Shown: piece by piece, positions 1 through 12,745 of the stretch
Layout of the letters: each line of letters opens with the position of its first letter
Numbering within the stretch: the first letter of the stretch is position 1
Origin: the human T2T-CHM13v2.0 reference genome, Homo sapiens
Assembly: GCF_009914755.1 (NCBI RefSeq)
Contig: NC_060941.1
Reading direction: 5' to 3' (one strand)
Length of the DNA: 64,000 nt
Notes under the pieces: model-generated
The model's input: the letters and a program-made list of their open reading frames with translations, nothing else
Database searches by the model: none
Told to the model about the DNA's origin: nothing
Translations under genes and position numbers: made by a program

Positions 1-57
1 ACCTGCCTCGGCCTCCCAGAGTGCTGGGATTACAGGCATGAGCCACCGCGCCCAGCC
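1..57 (-). mobile_element. Alu, partial at the window edge
   Basis: Left-arm 5' end, antisense. Confidence 0.9.
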
Positions 58-66
58 TGGAAACTG

Positions 67-398
<332 letters not shown>

Positions 399-749
399 TA
401 GGTATTTGTGTTTTTCTTATTGATTTGTGAGAGCTTTCTGCATATTATCTCTGTCATATTTGCTTCAACTCTTTCACTGATACAATTCAAATACCTGGCT
501 CCTACTCCATTTTGTGCAAACCACTTTAGAATGTGAGAAAAGAAGCTAAAGGGAGACTTGTGAGGAAATAATTTGGGGAGATAAGGAGCCACGGGTATAA
601 TGGGACATTAGGATGAATTCTCATCAGGTCACAGGATGATGGGCGATGACTCCTGGGTGCAGACAGAATTGTATGAGTCCCATCCGTGGGTCCAGGAACA
701 TTTCACACATGGAGACGCTTACCTTTCTCCTTCCTTCCTTCCTTCCTTT

Positions 750-990
750 CTTTTTTCTTTTTTCTTTTTTTTTTTTGAGAAAGTGTCTCACTCCATTGCC
801 CAGGTTGGAGTGCAGTGGCATGTTCACAGTGCACTGCAGCCTCGATGTCCTGAGCTAATTTATTTATTTTTTTTGGAGATATGGGGTTTCACCATGTTGG
901 CCAGGCTGGTCTCAAACTCCTGGACTCAAGTGATCTTCCACCTCCGCCTCCTATAGTGCTGGGATTACAGGGGTGAGCCACCCTGTCTGG
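750..990 (-). mobile_element. AluJ-like, internally deleted
   Basis: Part of the right arm is missing. Confidence 0.85.
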
Positions 991-1069
991 TGAACCTCAC
1001 CTTTCAAATAATATTCAACAGTTCATTAAGGGTTGTTGGCAGGAGAGAAACTATAAAAAGTTCAGTGCC

Positions 1070-1275
1070 CACTGTGTGGACTTATTCTGTGCTGGGTGCT
1101 GGTCAGTGTATTATTTTACTTAGTTATTATAACAATGCAATGAGGTAGATTTCATTATCCTTATTTTAAGATAAAGGAACTGGTGCCCAGAGTGGCTACT
1201 TTAGCACCCAAGATGCCATTGCTGGGAGGAAGAGCTGGCATTGGAGCTGAAGGCTGCCTTAAAGCTCATGCCCTT
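1070..1275 (-). mobile_element. MIR
   Basis: TGAGGTAG...TTATTTTAAGATAAAGGAACTG core. Confidence 0.55.
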
Positions 1276-1425
1276 CCCGGCAGAAGGCATTGATCACTGG
1301 GACCCTGTGGACATCTCCTTGCTGCAGACTCATATATGCAGATTCCAAGCCATCAAAATACTAACACATTCTTCAATATGTATATATGTCCACCACCATC
1401 TATATCACATTTAAAAACAAAGGCA

Positions 1426-1768
<343 letters not shown>

Positions 1769-2435
1769 TCAGTGGTTTCCTAAGAGAAAGAATGGGTCTA
1801 TGGCCAGGTTGACTGTGAGGTGATGCTTTCCATGAGTTCCAAGGGGGTGATACACCAAACCAGTCTTTGGGAATAAAGCATAGATTCGTTCCAATATTGT
1901 GTATTTCTCACACATCATGATCTCTCTGAGTTGAGTGCCCTGGGTCAGAGGGGAGAAGATCTCTGTTGGGAGGTGAGCAGCCTGTCACCCACAGACACAC
2001 ATCCTCCCTATCCCAGGAACTAAGTGAGAACAACTGCCAGGTGGGACATGCCCCAGAGTTGCAGATCCGCTTCTCTGCCTTCCCCAACCCCTGCCATCTA
2101 CCACCCAAATGCCATCCACCATCCAAATGCCCTCTGGAGCAGCTGTACAGCTGGTGTCCACTCAAAACCAGTTACACTCATGGAGTTATGGGAGAGAAAA
2201 AGATATCCCCCCCGACCCCGCCTTCCCCTTTTCCCACCAGCCTCTCTTGGAGGAAAAAAAACGCCAAAAGCCCTAGGATCATACAATTTGCTTTTAAAGC
2301 TGTTTCATTTTAAGGTACATGCACCTCATTTACTTAAAAGTACAAGTATCTAAAAACCATAAAGAATTCACCGGGTAACAGCAAAAATCAGTCCTCCTCT
2401 CCAAGGACAAAGGTTCGGGAGCCCCGGGTCCTTAC

Positions 2436-2588
2436 CTGCTCCCCTGGGAACCGGCACCTTTGCAGGCCACTGCTGTTTCTGTCTGCTTCTGTCCCCAGAT
2501 GCTCTCGGGCTGTGCGATTCTGGGCTGACTGTAAATCTCCTCAGGTTTGGCTTCCTCTTTCTTAATAAAACCATTGGTGCTTGGTCTG
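2436..2588 (-). CDS. MARCHF10: MARCHF10 coding exon (153 nt, phase 1-1)
   Basis: Acceptor tgcatctttcag|CAG, donor CAG|gtaagg. Encodes (A)DQAPMVLLRKRKPNLRRFTVSPESHSPRASGDRSRQKQQWPAKVPVPRGA; overlaps ORF-track 2368..2601. Confidence 0.95.
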
Positions 2589-2734
2589 CTGAAAGATGCA
2601 AAGTCTTTTCAATAATTATTTTGTTTACAGGAAAATGTCTTCCATATAAAGAACGTTCAAAGGGCCCAGCAATGTTTGGGGGTGGGGTTAGGTGGAAGGG
2701 CAGTCAAGAGAAGGGACCCAGGAGGTCACAGAAG

Positions 2735-2848
2735 AGCTGGATTTGAAATCTGGTTTCATGTAACCATGTGAGCTTGGGAAAATCACTTCACCTCTCCAAG
2801 CCTCAGTTTCCCTACCTGCTACATGGAAATAATCATGCCTCCTTCATA
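2735..2848 (+). mobile_element. MIR
   Basis: CACTTCACCTCTCCAAGCCTCAGTTTCC core. Confidence 0.7.
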
Positions 2849-3086
<238 letters not shown>

Positions 3087-3159
3087 TCATAAGCACCCAT
3101 GATGCCTGCGATGCAGAGGCCGAAGGTAGGGATCTTTCCTTTTGCTAAGAAGTTTTGTC

Positions 3160-3467
<308 letters not shown>

Positions 3468-4319
3468 TAAGAAGTTTCTAGGTTCCAATCCATAGGTGTT
3501 GGGATATGCCCGCTAGCAACACTGTCAAGAGCCTTCTACAGTTGGGACACGCAATGGCCCTGCCTCCCAAGTGCTCATCCAGGTTTGAATCACAACATAT
3601 TTTGTATAATACCTGCATATTTATATCCTCAGGTTTATTAGCAAACATGCCCGTACAGAAAGGTTGCAAGCATCTGGGAACCGTATGCCTTTCTCTTTCC
3701 TGTCCCCTACCCTCCACTGTGTTGGGACGATATTCATAGGAAGACAGTAGCTGGGGTGCTATTGTGGACCTAGTTTCCAATGAACATTATCTTTTTAATC
3801 TACATTTTGAATTGGGTTGCTAATTGATACAGTTTTGAGTTTCCTCTTCACATGTATTTAGCGTCAGTGCACGTGAATGTGGAGGAAAAGTTCTAGTATA
3901 TACCATGCATCTCTACAAGTTCTTGGGTTTACAAGGCAGTTACATCGTGAATATCTGGACGAAATTCCCCAAGATCATTTGTCTGGCTCATCTTCTTTAG
4001 ACAGTTTGGAAATTTCACAAATAGATGTAGCCAGCTGGTAACATAGGGATAAAGCCGGGGAAAGCCCCCGACTTGTGTGTGAGAGCACAGCCTTTTTTGG
4101 CACATGAGGCAACTGGAGTCATGTTCCAGAGTGTAAGTTGTAGTCGTGTGAATAGTTTTCCTCCAGATTCAGGAAGGGAATTAAAGTTCTTTCTGGCAGC
4201 CCATGAAACCTAATTTAATACAATGACTAGGTCTACTTACTTCTGACGGGCCCCAGGAGGGCATGGCAGTGGGTCCTGCAGGCCAAGACAGAGAGGATCA
4301 TGCCCCGCAGGGAACTTAC

Positions 4320-4415
4320 TAGAAGAGGGAAGCTGCTGGTGGTGTCGGAGCAACTTGGGGCAAGTTGGTGGAGCCCAGAGAAGTTGTAGGTGTGAAAGGA
4401 GAGAGTGAAAGTTCT
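4320..4415 (-). CDS. MARCHF10: Weaker candidate cassette exon (96 nt, in frame; alternative donor at 4241)
   Basis: Acceptor tcttctcattttccag|A, donors CTA|gtaagt (4320) and GAA|gtaagt (4241). Open in phase 1. Confidence 0.3.
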
Positions 4416-4924
4416 CTGGAAAATGAGAAGATAGTCTTGGGATGGCGTAGGATGTTGATTAGACATGATTTTGCTGATCAAAAAGGGGGTGAGAGGAGGA
4501 AGGTGAGAGAGTGAGAGACAGAAAGACAGAGAGAGAGAGAGGGATCAGGTGTTTTACACTAAGGGATCCATCACTGAGGGAAGGAGGGAAGCATTTTCCC
4601 ACTACCAAAAGTTGCATTCCTTGAACATAGAAGCTTCTCCCTTATCACCTGAGACCTCAGACCCCCTCAGTTCTCAGAAGTCCTGCCTCCTGCTTTCCAA
4701 CTCATGGAGAGAAGAGGAAGAAACAGAAGAAGGGCCAGGGAAGGGGCAGGCGTGGGGCTCAGGCCAAGTCTAGAAGGTCAGGACCTGGCCCCAAGGTCCT
4801 GAGGATAAGAATTTCACTTTGATTTCCAGCAGGAATCCCAGCAGAATATTCAAAGTTCCCACGCACCCCAGGCAGCAGAACTTCACACTGCCCAGAGGCC
4901 ACTGAGCCCCGCCACTGCATTCAC

Positions 4925-5038
4925 CTTCACAGGGAGGGATGCTTCTGCTCATGGGACCTTTCTTCCCCAGACTGCACCAGCCAGAAGGTCCTCCGAGGTC
5001 TGTTTCCGGTTTATTCCACCAAGTCGGCTCTGACTCTG
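4925..5038 (-). CDS. MARCHF10: Candidate in-frame cassette exon of MARCHF10 (114 or 111 nt, phase 1-1)
   Basis: Tandem acceptor ttttttccaAAG|CAG, donor AAG|gtgaat. Open in phase: AESEPTWWNKPETDLGGPSGWCSLGKKGPMSRSIPPCE. Confidence 0.6.
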
Positions 5039-5519
5039 CTTTGGAAAAAACCCTTACTTTCAGCGTTTTTAAAAAATGGCCTTTAGTGTTTAAATATTCT
5101 AAAATTGCTTAATGAGTATGTCTTTTCTCTCCAACTAGCCTGCACGCTCCTTAAGAATGAGGATCGTCTCTCAGCCAGTCTACACGTTGCCTCATACTGC
5201 TGTGCAGGACAAGTATTAATTGCCTTGTCGTGCAGGACAAATATTAGTATGATTTGTGAGGCTTGAGAAGATGCATTCAGCCCAACTACAGGGGAACTTC
5301 AAAACTAGAACACATTTTTTTGTTGTGCAGAACGCCCAAGATGGCTTAAGATAAAAGGTTATTTAATTTGTTTTCTTGTTCAAAAAAACTGCTTTCTTCA
5401 AAGCATCAGATCTCTTAAATGATTGCCAAAACCATTACCATGTGTCCTCTAATCAAGTTCTCAGCAAACTAAAATAATAAAGCTGAACAACTGGAGATTG
5501 TTGTACTAGGCCTGGCAGT

Positions 5520-5690
5520 GAAGAAATCGCTGCTATTAGTGTAGGCAGGATCCTCTGACCTTTGGCAACTTTAACCTCAGTTTCTGCAACTGTAAAATGG
5601 TCCATCTTGTTACTGTGAAGTTTAGCAAAAATGTACATAAATGGCCTAACTGGTTCATGCTAGGTGCTAATAATGGTAGCTGCTTCTTCT
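5520..5690 (+). mobile_element. MIR
   Basis: CCTCAGTTTCTGCAACTGTAAAATGG core. Confidence 0.65.
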
Positions 5691-6174
5691 ACTGTAAAGA
5701 ATACTACCACTACTACTGAGAATAATAATGGGAAATCTGAAGTCATTCCCATGAGACAACTGAATTTGACCAGAAACTCATTGTTATGCAGACTTCACAG
5801 GTTGGCAATAACTTATTCAATAGCCTTCATTCCGGTGTAGTTCTTGTTGATTCTCTCCCTCAATCCTTCTTTTATAAAATCCAAAAGGCAAATAGCAACT
5901 CTTTATATTATGATTTGTTCAACAAATACCTGTGTGCCTTTGCTATGCTATAATTTGAGGGTTCACAAAGATGAACAAGATGTTGCCTCATGACCTTAAA
6001 GATTATTATAATCTAATTTGGCTGCACTGCTGACTTCTTCCCTGTGATACCCTTTTGGTTCCATGGAAAACAAAACTCTTGCAAAATATTTTCTCTTCTC
6101 TGTCTGTAAGTGCAGTCACAAATGAGGTGACCTAGATTGCACAGTTTGTGTGTACATGGGTTTAAGAGTTTCTA

Positions 6175-6498
<324 letters not shown>

Positions 6499-6514
6499 AG
6501 AGATTCTAACATTC

Positions 6515-6808
6515 AGCCAGGCATGGTGGCTCATGTCTGTAATCCTAACACTTTGGGAGGCCGAGGCAGGAAGATCACTTGAGCCCAGGAGTTTGAGACC
6601 AGCCTGGGCAACAAAGTGAGACTCCTGTCTCTACAAAAAAAGAAATAAAAAATATTAGCTGGGTGTGCTGGCACATACCTGTGGTCCTGGCTACATGGGA
6701 GGCTGAGGCAAGAGGACCATTTGAGCCCCAGGAGGTCGAGGCTGCAGTGAGCTGTGTTTGCACCACTGCACTCCAGCCTGGGCAAGAGCACGACATTGTC
6801 TAGAAAAA
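6515..6808 (+). mobile_element. AluJ
   Basis: TTGAGCCCAGG and GAGGCTGCAGTGAGC J-type positions. Confidence 0.92.
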
Positions 6809-8052
6809 GAGTTTCGAACCCTCAATTTGTATACCAAGTTCCCATCACTTCACTTGCATGAAAAGTGAATCAAATTTCAGACCTTTGGGGGCTAGGATGG
6901 GTCTTTACCATGTCCATGGATTCATAATCTGCAGGAAGACCAAGTCCTATTTACCCTGGACGATGAAATTACCTTCCTTTTCAGGTAGCAGGACAAGCCC
7001 TTTGCCTTACAGAAAAGGAAGGGGTTTGTGTTCAGGAGTTTCACTGCCAGGTAACTCAATATCCTGTTTATCAATGAATTTTGGGAAGACTTTGGTTTGC
7101 TTTGGACAACATACAGACCCCCTACTTCCAGGATCTGAGAAAGGTGATGCCTCCAGTTTTAAAGAAACCAAACAGCTGTTTAGATTAAAGGCATCTGCCT
7201 CTGTTCTCTTGACAATGTTGGGAAACTGTGATTGTCGACTGAAGACTTCTTAATTTGACCAGGAAAGGGAAAAAAAAGGTAGAAATCTTATATTTGTACA
7301 AGACCCTGACAAGTGAGAACCAAGTCCATTCAGCTGTTCACGTTCGGCTCTTCCCAACACTTGTCATCCACAGATAGTTCTTTATAGACAAAGTCAAAAA
7401 GGAAGCATAAAAGGGAAATACAGTTCCGGAACCCTTATCCCGCCCCACATTACTTTGACTGGGATCTCTGGTGCCTAGGAGGTGCCAAGATCCCAATGGA
7501 GAGACAACTCTTTGAAAAAAAAAGTGTGCTTTCTTTGGATCCTGGGAAGAATTACAGCTTAATCGCAGGAGCCAATGTTGCCTTGGGGTAATAGGCAGCT
7601 TTCTGTGCAGTCACAAATAATAGGTCGCGTCTATTTGCCTATTTGAGTGTGCGAGAAATGTGTGTTGTCTCATGTACCCAGAGGAGATCTTAATTAAAGC
7701 TTAATTATGTACCATAAATATGTTTTATTTTGGAACTCAGGGGTGGGATTTTTGATTTTAGGAAATGTGATGCCTAATAAGTAGGCAGGAAAGGGAATGT
7801 AAACATCGGCTGAGCCTTTTCATTTGTCCCTCCTCCGAGTGGTTCTGAATGGGTTTTGGTTCCAGTGTGTGCCTTCAGAACGGCCTGCCCCCGGTGCCAC
7901 CGCTCAGGGCGGCCTCGGCGTGTGCACATTCACATAGCCAAGGGTATGATCAGACGCATTAGGAGAGCCTGTTTGGTTTCTGGGGGTGACATTGCACAGC
8001 GTGCCAGCTACAGGAGGTAAGAAATCAAATGAGTCTCCAGAGAGGATGGGAT

Positions 8053-8058
8053 TTTATT
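8053..8058 (-). promoter_or_regulatory. Poly(A) signal AATAAA of the candidate terminal exon
   Basis: tttatt on + strand; on - strand it is followed by a CA near 8030 and U-rich TTTGATTTCTT. Confidence 0.5.
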
Positions 8059-8258
8059 GGTCGCTCGCTCCTTTGGCGCTAGAAGGTGCAGCCCCAGTGC
8101 AGTGGCCACGCTGTCCCATCTTCCTGCTCCCCCGAACACCACGCCGCCTGGTATTGTTCTTGGTGTGGCCTCTGGCCCCTCTCCTGTCCACCTGCCTTCC
8201 GGAAGCCCGAAGTCCCCTCTCCCCGACTGCGCTGTGCTGTGTGCCTTGCAAGAGTGAC

Positions 8259-8596
8259 TTACCACATGAGGTAAATCCTACTGGGCCTTCTGGGGCCCTG
8301 AAGGCACAGCACAGGGGTCTCAGCCGGAGTGGGGCAGGAGATGGGGAAGTAGCACAGCACGGCGGGGGACTCGGGCACGGGGTCCGGGGAGGTGGAAGCG
8401 GTGCTTGTGAAGGAGGGAACGGTAACCAGAGGGAGAGGACAGTCAGGAGGTTCCTGGGCCACTGGGGAGGCAGGTGGCACTAGTGGCAGGAGGAGGCAGC
8501 AGTAATTGGTATTGGGCTGCAGGACAGGGGAGAAAGCAAAGACGGAGCAGTAAGGGGTGTATTCAACACAGAACAGGGGGTGCTTGCTGCTGCCAC
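8259..8596 (-). CDS. MARCHF10: Candidate alternative terminal exon of MARCHF10, coding part (RING-less short isoform)
   Basis: Strong acceptor ctctttttcttttgtgcag|G at 8596, 112 open codons in the phase left by the 18066-17895 exon, TAA at 8261-8259, AATAAA at 8058-8053. Confidence 0.55.
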
Positions 8597-8945
8597 CTGC
8601 ACAAAAGAAAAAGAGCAGTCAGGAAGCAGCACTGGCGGTGGGGGGAAGGACATAGAAACGTCTGCGAATGAATCCAAACTCAAAAATTGTTCTCCAATGT
8701 CATAGGAGCAGCAGGCCTGGCTCCTGCCCAGGAGGCACCTGGCCTAGATCTCAGCGTCACTGCGGAGTTAACCAAGGGAAGCGGCACCAGCATCACACCC
8801 TGTTCCAGCCAACAGTCTCCAGCGTCCCTGACAGATGTCGGGAAGTTCTTTTCCCCGTAAGATCCCGGAGAATGTCCTGAGGCTGCCGTGTGGAAGCTCT
8901 GGGGCCTTTCTCGTCTCCCACTGCCAGCTTAATGAGCTGTGCTGG

Positions 8946-8964
8946 TAGCAACAGATGGCGCCCC
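8946..8964 (+). promoter_or_regulatory. CTCF-like motif
   Basis: TAGCAACAGATGGCGCCCC resembles the CTCF core CCASYAGRKGGCRS; motif match only. Confidence 0.4.
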
Positions 8965-9244
8965 GCAGGGTCTCACTTGGGTAAGGCTCTCTCCCTCAAT
9001 CCTCCAGCTGCCCCCGCTAGCAGGCTGTAGTCATGCCCTGATCTGGCCTTTCTGCTGCGGAGGGGAAGCTTGGGAAAAAGAGAAAGAAAGGAGAGAGATC
9101 CCGGCGGGATCATGCGAAGGGAGAAAAATCAAGCTGGGTGAAAAGCAGGTAAACAAGAGAGATGTCTCGTTGAAGCTGATGATCTGTTCACTAACCTCAC
9201 GCTCAAACTGCTAACCTCGCTGGAGGCAGAATACGGGTGCCTGA

Positions 9245-9372
9245 TGGAGTCATGAGTCAGAGCTACCCCCTCACGCCTGACAAATCTCAGCTTTGCCACT
9301 AACCAGCTGGGTCACCTTGAATCGACGGCTTACCTGCCCGGAACCTGTTTCCTCACCTGCAAAACGAGACGG
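9245..9372 (+). mobile_element. MIR
   Basis: TGCCACTAACCAGCTGGGTCACCTTG...GTTTCCTCACCTGCAAAAC. Confidence 0.65.
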
Positions 9373-9387
9373 GTGTTTTTTCTAGCC

Positions 9388-9733
9388 TTGCTCCTTCAAA
9401 GGTGGTTCACAGACCAGCCACATCGATGTCACCTGGGACTTCTTAGCAATGCAGGATCTCAGCCCACCCAGACCTTCTGAATCAGAATCTGTAGTTGCTC
9501 AAGAGCCCCAGGTGTTTCTCATGAATGTTAATGTTTGGAAAAGCAAGGATCTGAGACAGCTGCCCAAACCCTGGTGATGAGAATCACCTGTTGTTCTTGT
9601 TCAAAAATAGTTTCGCAGGCCCCTTTACTGGAGATTCTGATGCTGTGGGTCAGGGACAGGAAGCAGGAATTTTTATTTTTATGAAGAACCTCCCTGGTGA
9701 TTTTTATTGTCAAAAAAGTTTGGGAGATGCTGC
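9388..9733. mobile_element. Two adjacent MER5-family DNA transposon fossils
   Basis: CCAGACCTTCTGAATCAGAATCTG and GGAGATTCTGATGCTGTGGGTC motifs. Confidence 0.7.
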
Positions 9734-9798
9734 AGCTAAAATCAGTTCCAAGTCTAAAATCCACAGTTGTAGCCATCCAGTTGAAAACTATCACCTAA

Positions 9799-10111
<313 letters not shown>

Positions 10112-10697
10112 ACCATTACCTATCGTGGAGGGGTCTCAGTCCTTAGTGCCATGCTACAGAGGATTCGAGTAAATATTATCCACTTCTTTCTTCCTAAATG
10201 GCCTCTGGAGTGGCTCCTATTTCTCGGGATCATTTTTCTCTCTCTAGCTGTCTTCACTCATTCTTCTCTTTACAGTTGTTATCTCCCAAAGTCCCCCCAA
10301 CATCTCTCTTCTTACTCCATCCACTCAGGGGAGACATTCTTGCCATTTCAGCCACCTCTTACTCACTGCAGGCCCTTGGGTCCTACCAGCAAGTGCTCTG
10401 GGAGGAAGGGGAGTGCTCTGTTGGGCAGGAGACCTGGGTCCCCAGGTGCTTCCTGGCATTGCCACCTGGCTGCCCTGCCTGCAGCTCAAAGGCAACACCG
10501 CAAAAGGGGACCCACCCTCTCCTTGCTTCCTCAGCCTTGGCAGAGGCAACCTCCACTGACCTAGTTTCCTGGGCCAGATTCCTGAGTTCTCTTTGATTCC
10601 TCTTTCTTCCTTATCCCTACATCCAAGTCACCAAGTTCTGCCAGCTTTACTTCTTAAATGGCCCTCAAGCCCACTCCCTCTTCCTATTCCCTCTGCT

Positions 10698-10833
10698 TTT
10701 TTTTTTTTTAATAGAGATGGGGTCTTGCTATGTTGACCAGACTGGTCTTGAACTCCTGGCCTCAAGCAATCCTCCCATCTCAGCCTCCCAAAGTGCTAGG
10801 ATTCCTTACAGGTGTGAACCACTGCATCTGGCC
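10698..10833 (-). mobile_element. FLAM / Alu left monomer
   Basis: Monomer with poly(T). Confidence 0.85.
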
Positions 10834-11154
10834 CTCTTCCTTTTGCTTTTGCTCCCGCTCAAGCCCTTCTCATTTCTCCCCCATCCCCTGCAACTGCTAC
10901 TTGTCTGGTCTCTTGGCTGTGTCTGGCCACCCTCACACTCTCAGCTGGCCCTTCTCCATGCTGCAGTCAGAGTCAGCTTTTAAAAATCCAATCTGATTGC
11001 ATCACTTTCCTATGCAGAGCCCTTCCAGGACTGATGCCCCGTCGCCTCCAGCATGACATTTAAGGCCCTTGGAGGCCTGATCCTTGCCTACCGGTGGGGC
11101 CTCAACTTTATATTTCCTAATTTGTAGCCTGACCCTAAACCAGAAACCAGAGCT

Positions 11155-11467
<313 letters not shown>

Positions 11468-11469
11468 TA

Positions 11470-11630
11470 AACCACAACTTCTGAAACTCAAATGTACATA
11501 GGAATATCCCTGAGATCTTCTTCAATGCAGGTTCTGAGCCAGTCAGTCTGGACTGGGGCCTGAGGTTCTGCATTTCTAAGAAGCTCTCAGATGATGGTTT
11601 CTGCTACTTGCCTGGGGACACTTGGAGCAC
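11470..11630. mobile_element. MER5-family fossil
   Basis: GCAGGTTCTGAGCCAGTCAGTCTGGACTGGGGCCTGAGGTTCTGCATTTCTAAG. Confidence 0.65.
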
Positions 11631-12127
11631 AAGGCCCTAGATTATCTGTAGCTCCTCGATATGTGTCTCTCCCTGTCTTCCTTGCTCCCTCTCCTCCGTT
11701 CCTTTGCACACTCAGTACCTGCTGCCAGGCACATCTTTCTTGCCCTCTTCACCTGGTTAAACCCCTGTCCTTCAGGATTTTCACTCCACCTGGCCCTGCC
11801 CACAAGCTCTTAGAACTTACCTTGGTCAGGGTGCGCCTTGCACTATCTGCCCTTATTGGAATCCTGCTCACCCACCAGGCTGGGAGCCCTGGAGGGCAGG
11901 CCCCGTGTGTTTTGTGTTCTGGTTCCCCATTACCCGGCAGGTAAATACGTATAAATGAAGTGCTGAATGAATGAGCAGTGGATGAGTACACCAGTTCGCC
12001 CTGGTATCATACACCCTGGGACGTGGGGGACAGTTGGATGTATTTGCTAACATCCCCATAGGTACTGGATAAACGGATGACTTCACTGATGATCAAATCG
12101 TTAAAATTTTTAATAATCAAATTATAA

Positions 12128-12432
<305 letters not shown>

Positions 12433-12629
12433 AAATTCTAACCACTCTTACATCTCAAATACAAGTGTCTTTGGTCAAGCAGTGTTCTTATGGAGACATT
12501 AGCCCTGGAGTAGTTGGCGGTGTTGGGAGGAGGGTTCATAAGCAGCGGAAGGCCTGGGGATTAACCTTTGCCTAAAGCCTGGTCTACATCCAGGGTTTCC
12601 ACCCACCTATCTACCTGGTGAGACTGGCA

Positions 12630-12745
12630 AGGATTCCATTTTACTGATGAGGAAACTGAGTTCAGAGAAGTTGTCCGCTCACATTTATGGGGTTATAAAG
12701 TGATAGCACCAGGATTTGGAGCCAAGACTTCATTCTGGGCTCTGC
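12630..12745 (-). mobile_element. MIR
   Basis: CCATTTTACTGATGAGGAAACTGAG core. Confidence 0.7.

Noticed and set aside
3613-3750. Possible additional - strand exon (ORF 3478..3780)
   Set aside because: Weak polypyrimidine tract and mediocre donor (CAG|gtatta).
7986-8483. 165 aa + strand ORF
   Set aside because: GTG start, and best explained as the GC-rich antisense shadow of the candidate - strand terminal exon.
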